In this document: one piece after another, positions 8,732 to 17,138 of the stretch
Numbering within the stretch: the stretch's first letter is position 1
Layout: every line of letters starts with the position of its first letter
Assembly: GCA_016786495.1 (NCBI GenBank)
Contig: JAEUUJ010000082.1
Span: forward strand, 15,365 to 79,364
DNA: 64,000 nt
From: Cyclobacteriaceae bacterium
GTDB lineage: Bacteria > Bacteroidota > Bacteroidia > Cytophagales > Cyclobacteriaceae
Direction: 5' to 3'
Notes under the pieces: model-generated
Told to the model about the DNA's origin: nothing
Databases searched by the model: none
The model's input: the letters and a program-made list of their open reading frames with translations, nothing else
Translations under genes and position numbers: made by a program

Positions 8732-11689
8732 TCAAGGCTTTTTCTTTTTCTTCTTCAGTAAATCCTGAATCTTATTTGCGGCTTCTTCTTTTACCTTCTC
8801 TGTGGTTGACTTGCTCTTTGTTTTTGTTGTGTCACTTTTTACTGCTGCCGTATCTTTTGATGTCTTCTTATTCTTGTTGAGCAAATCGTTCACAAGATTC
8901 TCGGCTTTTTTCGTTGCCTCCTGCTTGATTGCTTCTTTCGCAGCATCTTTCACTTGCTGGGTTTGCTCATTCGCGAGCAGTTTAGGCATCGGCTTCGTTA
9001 CGGTGCCACCCAATCCGATCGTAACCGGGATCGGTGCGTTCGGATCTGTTTTGGTTCCCGAATACTTGCTTACGAAGCTGTTAAGTTGTGAACCCAGCTT
9101 TCCGGCCGGTACATCCATTTTCAAGTTATAGTCAATGGATCCATCAATGCCGGTGCTCCCTGCCACGGTTGTTTTGTAGCTTCCAAACTTTACATCAAAC
9201 GGCTTAACAGAGAGACGACCATCTTTAATAGAGGTCGACATCAATACGTCTTTCAGGGTCACCTCATCCGTATTGTCTAACTTGGTTAGCGAGGTAATTC
9301 CGGATACAAGCTTGGAATCCTTCAGCGATGCCTGCGCAATTTTAACAAGACCGTCTCCATTCACAGTTTTCAGGTTGGGTGAAAAGTTTTGAAGCAATTC
9401 GCCACCAATCTTGAAGTCGGTTGAAAACTTGCCGTTTACCAGACCGGCAACAGGGGCAAACGTTTTCACGAGTGAGAATGAGGTGGCGGCTTGCGCAATG
9501 GAAAGTTCCTGAATTTTCAGCGCGAGGTCGTATTTCGGATGCTTGATGTCTTTTGTATTGTAAGAACCGTTTACGACAAAGGCTCCGCCAAGCATGTTGA
9601 ACGACAAGCCGCTCAGATTAGCAATGCCATCTTTCACAATCACATCGCCCTTCGCATTCGTCATGGTGTAGTCCATCATCTTGATGGTTTTCACATCCGA
9701 GCTTAAAACGAAATCAATGTTTTGCGGAACCGGTATAACGCTATACCCGGTGGTATCCTGTGCGGCCGGTGTTTTGCCTTCCGTCATAAACTCGTTCAGG
9801 TCAAGCAAAGTCGAGTTAAACGTCACATTTCCTTTCAACAATTCATTCTTGCCGAACGCGTATCCAATGTAGTTGCTCACCGAACCCTTCACGTCAAAAT
9901 CACTCTTTCCCACTGTTCCGGTAAGTTGTTTCAGATTGATGTTTTTCGGATCGAAAGACATTTCCGCACGGCTTAGTGCAACCGGTGGCATATCCTTGGT
10001 AACATATTTAAAGTTTGTAAGCGTGGCTGAACCGCTTGTCGGCAGTTTGTCGTAGCGCTTGGCATCGAGGTCCGACATTTTACCTTTTGTTTCAAGATCA
10101 GCCTTTACCTGACCTGCGAGCGTCATGCCTTCCAGCGGGAATACTTTGGTAATTTTCTCCAGGTCCACTCCTCCTTTTGCTTTTACATCCCAGGTGTAGT
10201 CGTCAAGATTCTGGATCAACATATCTGCTGAAAACTTCTCGCCATCCATGTTCATGGAGAAATCACGCACCGCAATAAACGTTTCGGCCATTTTACCCGA
10301 AGTGTTCTTGATGGTTGAATTGAATTTCAAATCCTGCAGCGGCAGTGGAAACTCTGACGATTTCACATAGCCGTTAGCCAACGACATGGCTGCATCAATA
10401 GACGGGATGGTTTTCTTCAAACTGTCATAAACGCCCTTGGCTGTAAGATTAAGTGCATAGTTTCCGCGCATGTCGAGCCCCTCCACCGGAAACATTTTGC
10501 TGAGTTCAGCCAGGTTCAACTTGGCCGAAAGGTTTGCATCAACAGTGGTCGGATAGATTTTACTAATCAGTGCACGGGCATCAACCGGATTTGATCCAAA
10601 ATCAAGGTGGAGTTTTTTGATGTCGATCACCGTGTTGCCGATGATGCCGTCTTTGTTGTCGACCAGCATGTCGAGGTTGATGTTATTCACCGGAGTCGGC
10701 AAATCAGGATATTTGAACATGGCGTTGATCACTTTCAGGTTAACATTGAAAGCCGGCATTTGCTTTTCGCTGTAGGTTCCTTTTACAAAGCCGTTAAATG
10801 CGAGGTCACCGCTGGTTTCAATGTTTTTAAAACTTTCGGAGTACATGCCCGGTACAAGTGAGAGCAGGCTCTTGAATGTATTTTCCGGACTCTTAAATGC
10901 GATATCCATGCCGTAGTCATTCTCATTCATCTTAAACCAGCCATCGAAGCTCATGGCAAAGTCGTTGATCTTAGCCGAGTTTTCTTTAAAGGTGTACTTC
11001 GTGTAATCCTCACTGATGGTAAGCGTCATGTCAACATCAGCCTGCTTTCGGGATAAATATTCAACGCCATCGTACGCAACATTCAGTGTGTCGGCTGTCG
11101 TTTTTGTTCTCAGATCAAACTCGCTCTGGGTAAAGTCTCCGCTGCCGGTATGATTTACACCCTTTAACTCGAGTAGCATCGGGATAGACTTATCATCGTA
11201 TTTGATGTCACCTTCTACTACTTCCCAATGGTCAATGCCGAAAGAAAAGTCGCCCGATTCTTCGGTTGTTGTTACGGTGTCGGAAGATGGAATGGCAATG
11301 TCGTAGTTCGCACGGCCGTCAGCCAGCACGTTAACGTTGATGATGGGCCGTATCAGGGTGATTCCTTTAAGGCGCAACTGATCACCAAACAACACATCTT
11401 TCAGGTTTACCTCCACCTGAACGTTTTCTGCAGCAAAGAGAACCTCACCTGCAAAGGGTTCGCGGTTGATCACACCCAGGTTGTGAATCTCGGCAGTGAT
11501 GTTCGGAAAGTTCTTAAAAAGCGTCAATGAAAAATTGTCGGCTTCGTAGAGCACATCAGCGTTAACTGATTTAGCCAACTCTTTATCGATGGCTGCCTTG
11601 ATATCATCTTTGAAAACAACCGGCAAGATGAAGGCTGCGGCAAGCAGCAAAACAAAAATGATCCCGATAATGATGAGCGCTTTTTTCAT
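8732..11689 (-). CDS. AsmA-family envelope protein (985 aa)
   Basis: N-terminal membrane anchor MKKALIIIGIIFVLLLAAAFILPVV, a long beta-rich body and a Lys-rich tail ending KKKKKKP. Matches my recollection of Bacteroidota AsmA-family proteins. Confidence 0.7.
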   Translation of the reverse strand: MKKALIIIGIIFVLLLAAAFILPVVFKDDIKAAIDKELAKSVNADVLYEADNFSLTLFKNFPNITAEIHNLGVINREPFAGEVLFAAENVQVEVNLKDVLFGDQLRLKGITLIRPIINVNVLADGRANYDIAIPSSDTVTTTEESGDFSFGIDHWEVVEGDIKYDDKSIPMLLELKGVNHTGSGDFTQSEFDLRTKTTADTLNVAYDGVEYLSRKQADVDMTLTISEDYTKYTFKENSAKINDFAMSFDGWFKMNENDYGMDIAFKSPENTFKSLLSLVPGMYSESFKNIETSGDLAFNGFVKGTYSEKQMPAFNVNLKVINAMFKYPDLPTPVNNINLDMLVDNKDGIIGNTVIDIKKLHLDFGSNPVDARALISKIYPTTVDANLSAKLNLAELSKMFPVEGLDMRGNYALNLTAKGVYDSLKKTIPSIDAAMSLANGYVKSSEFPLPLQDLKFNSTIKNTSGKMAETFIAVRDFSMNMDGEKFSADMLIQNLDDYTWDVKAKGGVDLEKITKVFPLEGMTLAGQVKADLETKGKMSDLDAKRYDKLPTSGSATLTNFKYVTKDMPPVALSRAEMSFDPKNINLKQLTGTVGKSDFDVKGSVSNYIGYAFGKNELLKGNVTFNSTLLDLNEFMTEGKTPAAQDTTGYSVIPVPQNIDFVLSSDVKTIKMMDYTMTNAKGDVIVKDGIANLSGLSFNMLGGAFVVNGSYNTKDIKHPKYDLALKIQELSIAQAATSFSLVKTFAPVAGLVNGKFSTDFKIGGELLQNFSPNLKTVNGDGLVKIAQASLKDSKLVSGITSLTKLDNTDEVTLKDVLMSTSIKDGRLSVKPFDVKFGSYKTTVAGSTGIDGSIDYNLKMDVPAGKLGSQLNSFVSKYSGTKTDPNAPIPVTIGLGGTVTKPMPKLLANEQTQQVKDAAKEAIKQEATKKAENLVNDLLNKNKKTSKDTAAVKSDTTKTKSKSTTEKVKEEAANKIQDLLKKKKKKP

Positions 11690-11876
11690 GTGATCTTCAG
11701 TATTTACCTATAACAGAATTTGGACCTCAAAATTACTAAACCTGAGAGTTAAATAGAGTTAACTTTTAGCGAAAGTCATGCCCGACTAACGGCAGGCGAG
11801 CCTGTCGGGCGGTAGCGACAGGTTTGTTCACAACGCCCTTGCCACGCTTGACCGTAATTAACCCGAATCCGAGCCG

Positions 11877-13310
11877 TTAAAACAGCTTAAGCACCCACCC
11901 GATCATGCGCTGAACGCCTGGTGTATAGGGTGGATAGAAAAATCGAAACGCAGTAAGGCCGGTCCGTTGCCGGAGAACCGGCTTCTCATTCGAAAACGCC
12001 AGAAATCCATAGTATCCATGCGATTTGCCAATGCCGCTCGTGTTTACGCCACCAAACGGAAGGTTGGGGTGAAGAAACTGAATTGCGCAATCATTGACGC
12101 ATACGGTGCCGGATGACGTTTCTTTTTTGATCCGTGTTATCTCCGCCTGGCGTGTTCCAAAAACATAGAGCGCAAGCGGTTTGGGCCGGGCATTGATGTA
12201 TTGAATTATTTCATCCAGCGATTGATACGTGAGTATGGGAAGAATGGGGCCGAAGATTTCCTCTTCCATCACACGTGATGCATGCGAAACGTTACTTAAC
12301 ACCACGGGTTCAAAAAAGCGTTGTGAGAAATCCAATTGGCCGCCCGTTTCAACCGTTGCCCCTTTTGATTCGGCATCGCGCAACATATCCGACAAGCGTG
12401 AAAAGTGTTTTTCATTAACAATTCGTGCGTAGTCGGGGGAATTGGAAATTTTTTTGTCGGTTCCACCGAAAAGTGCCGGTATCTGTTCTTTCAGGTGTTT
12501 AATCAAATAGCCTGCGATGCTTTCATGTGCAAGAACATAGTCCGGGGCGATGCAGGTTTGTCCGTTGTTGATAAACTTCGTTACGGCAATGCGTTGAGCA
12601 GCTTCTTTCGCATTCGCGGATGGCAGAACAATGGTCGGTGATTTTCCACCCAGTTCAAGCGTAACCGATGCAAGATTTTCAGCGGCCGCCCGCATCACAA
12701 TTTTTCCGACTGATGGACTTCCTGTAAAAAAGATATGATCGAACGGAAGTTTTAACAATTCCTGAGAAACATCTGTGCCGCCTTCGAACACCGAGACCTC
12801 ATTTTGTGTAAACACTTCGCGACACATGCGGGAGATTAATGCCGATGTGTGCGGAGTCATCTCGGACGGCTTAAGGATTACCACATTGCCTGCAGCAAGT
12901 GCCGAAACCAGCGGACCTGCAGAAAGGTTAAATGGATAATTCCATGGTGAAACAATCAGACAAACTCCTTTTGGTTCATACATGATCACAGATCGGGTGC
13001 CGAGCATGGTGAGTGATGCATCCACCTTTTTTGCCTGCGCCCATCGATCGAGGTTATCGAGTGCCTGCTTGATTTCATCGAGTACCGGAAGGATTTCCGT
13101 GGTGTCTACTTCAGCGGCAGGCTTGCGAAAATCGGCATGCATAGCCTCGCGAATTGCCTGCTGATTGGCCTTAACCCAGGTTCTCAGCTTTCTGAGACGC
13201 GTTTTCCGCTCCGCGACCGACTCCAGTCGGAAAGACTTAAAAACACCGTGCTTTTGCTGGAAAGTGTTCGAAATTTCACTCAAAAGGGGCTTTTTTTCTA
13301 TGATTGTCAT
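11877..13310 (-). CDS. Aldehyde dehydrogenase (ALDH3-like, 477 aa)
   Basis: Trimmed to ATG 13310 (MTIIEKKP). The longer form uses TTG 13328. Motifs ELGGKSP and catalytic-Cys GQTCIAPDY. Confidence 0.9.
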   Translation of the reverse strand: MTIIEKKPLLSEISNTFQQKHGVFKSFRLESVAERKTRLRKLRTWVKANQQAIREAMHADFRKPAAEVDTTEILPVLDEIKQALDNLDRWAQAKKVDASLTMLGTRSVIMYEPKGVCLIVSPWNYPFNLSAGPLVSALAAGNVVILKPSEMTPHTSALISRMCREVFTQNEVSVFEGGTDVSQELLKLPFDHIFFTGSPSVGKIVMRAAAENLASVTLELGGKSPTIVLPSANAKEAAQRIAVTKFINNGQTCIAPDYVLAHESIAGYLIKHLKEQIPALFGGTDKKISNSPDYARIVNEKHFSRLSDMLRDAESKGATVETGGQLDFSQRFFEPVVLSNVSHASRVMEEEIFGPILPILTYQSLDEIIQYINARPKPLALYVFGTRQAEITRIKKETSSGTVCVNDCAIQFLHPNLPFGGVNTSGIGKSHGYYGFLAFSNEKPVLRQRTGLTAFRFFYPPYTPGVQRMIGWVLKLF

Positions 13311-13430
13311 CGCCAAGTAAGGTAACAAATAACCTCCAACTCCGCGCCAATGTTAAGTTTTTCGATGCCCTATTGCCTCGTATTACGCGAATATTAACTT
13401 TGTTAACACAACGGTAACATTGGCGTAACA

Positions 13431-14261
13431 TTGAGAAAGGGTGCTGTTATAGGATTATTTTTTTCATTGGCTGTTTCAGCATATGCTGGCAACGGCACGC
13501 CTACCAGTTTTCCGGTAAACGCCTACCTGAGTTCATTTCTTGTTTCGAGCGACTGCAAAGCACAGTCCGTTGACGCCTTCGATAGTTTTCTGAGTAAAAT
13601 CGACCGGAAAGCCAAGTCCATTAAGAGCGAGCAGGCATTGGTACGTCACATCTTCACCAAAACTCATCAGCGGTTTTTGAAAGACTTTGCCGCATTCGCC
13701 ACACTGGATGAGACTTTTCAAAAAGGTTCATACAACTGTTTAACGGGAACCATTTTGCTCTCTCTTGCCCTGCATCATTACAACATCGATCATGAGGTCA
13801 TTGAAACGAACTATCACATTTTTATTTTAACCGAGACACAATCAGGGCAGATTCTACTGGAAGCTACTGATGCCGCGAACGGATTTGTTACCGACCCGGC
13901 GGCCATTGAATCCCGCATAGAAACTTACAAGCAAAATCAGTTAGCGGCACGGCAATCGGATAAATCGTATTACAAGTTCAAGGCAGAACTGTATAACACC
14001 GTTTCGATTGATGAGCTCAGAGGTCTTATATTTTATAACATGGCTGTTGATGCCTTCAATCAGGAAAAGTTACAGCGTGCTGTTGACAACCTGGTGAAAG
14101 CGAATGCAACGTATTCCTCGTTCCGGACAGAAGAATTTTCACAGATTCTATTGCTGTCGCTTCAGCAAAGCGGGCTCGACAGAAAAACAAAAGAGAACTG
14201 CATGCATGCAATTCTCTCTTCCCGGCAAAAATCTTTGCCAGCGTTTGTAGCTGCTAATTAA
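13431..14261 (+). CDS. Exported hypothetical protein, possible transglutaminase-like cysteine-protease fold
   Basis: TTG start with signal-like MRKGAVIGLFFSLAVSAYA. YNCLTGTILLSLALHHYNIDHEVIETNYHIFIL gives the Cys...His spacing seen in transglutaminase-like cores. Weak assignment. Confidence 0.45.
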   Translation: MRKGAVIGLFFSLAVSAYAGNGTPTSFPVNAYLSSFLVSSDCKAQSVDAFDSFLSKIDRKAKSIKSEQALVRHIFTKTHQRFLKDFAAFATLDETFQKGSYNCLTGTILLSLALHHYNIDHEVIETNYHIFILTETQSGQILLEATDAANGFVTDPAAIESRIETYKQNQLAARQSDKSYYKFKAELYNTVSIDELRGLIFYNMAVDAFNQEKLQRAVDNLVKANATYSSFRTEEFSQILLLSLQQSGLDRKTKENCMHAILSSRQKSLPAFVAAN

Positions 14262-14962
14262 TTTTCCAGGATACGTAGTTCTACCCTGCGGTTCATCCGG
14301 TGCGCTTCGGGTGTGTCATCGCGCGACAGGGGAGCGGTTCCTCCAAAAGCTTTCGTTTTAATTCTGCTCTTGTTTACTTTCTTTGAAGTAAGGTAGCTCT
14401 TCACAGCATCCACACGATCCTGCGAAAGCTTCATCAGTTTTTCCGGATTTCCGACAAAGTCGGTGTGGCCCTCCAGCTGAATTACCATGTTCGGGTTCTC
14501 CCGCATCATGCTAACCACGATGTCAAGTTCCGGGTAAGACTCCGGGTTAATCTTGTTCTTGTTTACTTCAAAGATCAGGTTGTTCAATACCATTACGTGG
14601 CCCACAGCATGTTTCTTCTTTGCATGCGACTCTCCGTGCGTAAGCTCAATATCTTTCACAAGGCTCAGGTTTGTTGCTTCAGCCGGATCAAGCATGAACT
14701 TAGCCGAAACATACCCGGGCGCATCAACTGAAATCGAGTACCGTTCGCGATCAAACATCGGAAACGAATAGCTGCTGTTATTAATCACACCCATTTTATT
14801 TCCATACGGAAGACTTTGATACGTGATTCTCGCCGTAACAGGTTCTTTTGTTTCCGCATTAATGATCTTGCCCTGTGCCACTACGGTACTATCGGCCGAT
14901 TGCGCGAGTATCGGTAACGAGCCTGCAACAAAAGCCAGGAGAATGAACGTCCTTTTGAGCAT
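14258..14962 (-). CDS. OmpA-family protein (CarboxypepD_reg-like N-domain + OmpA_C)
   Basis: Signal peptide MLKRTFILLAFVAGSLPILAQ. C-terminal GHTDFVGNPEKLMKLSQDRVDAVKSYL...NRRVELRI. Confidence 0.85.
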   Translation of the reverse strand: MLKRTFILLAFVAGSLPILAQSADSTVVAQGKIINAETKEPVTARITYQSLPYGNKMGVINNSSYSFPMFDRERYSISVDAPGYVSAKFMLDPAEATNLSLVKDIELTHGESHAKKKHAVGHVMVLNNLIFEVNKNKINPESYPELDIVVSMMRENPNMVIQLEGHTDFVGNPEKLMKLSQDRVDAVKSYLTSKKVNKSRIKTKAFGGTAPLSRDDTPEAHRMNRRVELRILEN

Positions 14963-14974
14963 ACTGGTAAATTT

Positions 14975-17011
14975 TTATGGTTTCACGATTACAAACTCAA
15001 CCCTGCGGTTCTTGCGTCTGTTCTCTTTTGTGGTGTTCGGAACCAGTGGCTTCTTTTCACCAAAGAACGCAATTGTTACCCGTGAAGAATCAACGCCTTT
15101 GCCGGTTAAATATTTTTGTACCGCTGCGGCTCTGCGCTTCGAAAGATCGAGGTTGTACTGCTCAGGACCGGTTGCGTCGGCATGGCCGTCAATCTCGATG
15201 GTCATGGTTGCGCGCTCAGTCATCATTTTTACAACGCGATCCAGTTCAGAATATGACTCTGCTTTCAACGTTACCTGATCGAAATCAAAGAAGATGTTGT
15301 TGAGTGTTACGGTCACACCGGAATCGATCGGTGTCACATTGATTGGCTGTAATCTGAAGTCCTGACCGGTAATGATCTTGTCACCTTTTGCATCTCTCAG
15401 GTCGAGGTTCTGACTTTCGGAAACATGGCCGTCAGCTTCCGCCCGGATACCATATAGATGCCCGGCCGGAAGTTTGATTTCATACTCACCGGTTTTCGGG
15501 TCGGATTGCGAAATGCCTACATCGGTTCCATCAGGCAGACGCTCGTAAATAATTTTAGCACCAATCGGTTCGCCCGTTTTACCGTCAACCAGTTTGCCGC
15601 GCACAGTAACCCAGATTTCCGGGCTTCTCATGATTGGCAGTTTAATTCTGAAAATGTCGGTGTTGTTGTCTGACACGCCACGTGAGTAATACGCGTACTC
15701 ACTGTTGGCGGGAATGTTAAAGAACAAATCTTCCTTTGGCGAGTTAATATCCGGACCAAGGTTTTCGGGCTCTGACCAGTTTGTCCAGGTATCATCCAAT
15801 CGTTTGCTTACATAGATGTCGGTACCGCCATAGCCGCTGAAGCCGTTAGAAGAGAAGTAAAGTGTTTTATCATCAAGCGCGAGGAACGGAGCCGACTCTT
15901 CGCCTGCGGTGTTAACCATGGCACCCAGATTCAGCGGGCGTGACCAACTGCTGTCGGCCTTCATAAACGAAACATATAAATCACGATCGCCCCGTGAGTC
16001 GTCACGTTGCACGGACATTAAAAGTGTTTTCCGATTGTTCGCGAGGAAATAATTTGCCTTCTCGTGGAAGTTGTAGTCGTCTTCTATTTTAAGCGCTACC
16101 GGTTTTGTCCAGTTGCCGCCGACATTTGAACTCATGGAAACTCCGGCCAGTTTGCTGTCGCCCTTTTCGTCATACTTATTACCCAACAGCATGATCACCG
16201 ATTTCCCGTCAGGGGTTGTTGAACTGATGGCGCTCACAAAGTTTGGATACTCGTTGTTCAGCGGTGCTCCGGCATTTTTGGCGAGCTGCCATTTACCGTC
16301 GGCTCCCAGTTCGGAATACCAGATGTCTTCTTTGTCCTTCTTTCCGCCAGCGTTATCGGGGTGATTGGTACGGCTGAAGTAAAGTGTCTTTCCATCCGGT
16401 GAAAGTATCGGGTTCAATTCATTTACATCGCTGTTCACATTCTTATCAAGCACTTCCGTTACGATGCCGGATGCAAGAAGTTCTGGTGTGGGGATAAATG
16501 CTACGATCGGATAATTCGAGTCGGAAATGGCGACTGCGTCAATGGCGTAGTAGTCGGGTGTTGCAGCTCCGTCAAACTCAAGTTTTATGGCTGCCACTTT
16601 ATAGGGAGTGGGCTCGAGGAAGAAGTTCATCATCCGGCCTTTCATGGGAATGGCCATCGGGTTGAAGGTACTTAGTTCATATTCCTTGCCGGCCTCATCG
16701 TATACCAAAACGCGGTAGAGGGCGCTGGGGTTATAAGACTCTGCAATGGCAATCTGTTTGATGCTCATGGGCTTGTCGAAGCCGAGCTTGAGAAATTCCT
16801 TGCGGTTGGGCTTGTCGGGCATCCAGGCATTCGGGTTGTCGCCCCCTGCTGGCATTACATTGGGCTTTCCCAGTGCCTGCTGAGCCGAATATTGGGCATG
16901 CGTCAATTCGGATGAGAAATCAAGTACTTTGGAGGCCCATTGCACCACCTGTGCAGAAGCTCCAAAAGACATTGCTAATAAGATTGTAAGTACGGGTAGT
17001 AGTCTCTTCAT
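14975..17011 (-). CDS. OmpA-family protein with TolB-like (PD40) propeller and CarboxypepD_reg-like domain (678 aa)
   Basis: Trimmed to MKRLLPVLTILLAMSFGASAQ (ATG 17011). Repeated LYFSS/LYVSF...W PD40-like blades. C-terminal GHADATGPEQYNLDLSKRRAAAVQKYL...NRRVEFVIV. Confidence 0.85.
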   Translation of the reverse strand: MKRLLPVLTILLAMSFGASAQVVQWASKVLDFSSELTHAQYSAQQALGKPNVMPAGGDNPNAWMPDKPNRKEFLKLGFDKPMSIKQIAIAESYNPSALYRVLVYDEAGKEYELSTFNPMAIPMKGRMMNFFLEPTPYKVAAIKLEFDGAATPDYYAIDAVAISDSNYPIVAFIPTPELLASGIVTEVLDKNVNSDVNELNPILSPDGKTLYFSRTNHPDNAGGKKDKEDIWYSELGADGKWQLAKNAGAPLNNEYPNFVSAISSTTPDGKSVIMLLGNKYDEKGDSKLAGVSMSSNVGGNWTKPVALKIEDDYNFHEKANYFLANNRKTLLMSVQRDDSRGDRDLYVSFMKADSSWSRPLNLGAMVNTAGEESAPFLALDDKTLYFSSNGFSGYGGTDIYVSKRLDDTWTNWSEPENLGPDINSPKEDLFFNIPANSEYAYYSRGVSDNNTDIFRIKLPIMRSPEIWVTVRGKLVDGKTGEPIGAKIIYERLPDGTDVGISQSDPKTGEYEIKLPAGHLYGIRAEADGHVSESQNLDLRDAKGDKIITGQDFRLQPINVTPIDSGVTVTLNNIFFDFDQVTLKAESYSELDRVVKMMTERATMTIEIDGHADATGPEQYNLDLSKRRAAAVQKYLTGKGVDSSRVTIAFFGEKKPLVPNTTKENRRKNRRVEFVIVKP

Positions 17012-17138
17012 GAGTCTCCTGACGGTTAAATTCCAAACAATAAACTTAGGCAAAAATTTAAAATTGACCGAAAATAATACATTACGGGGTCAAAAATAAG
17101 CCGTGAACCCAGGCCTCGGATCAAGCCATTACGGGTGT

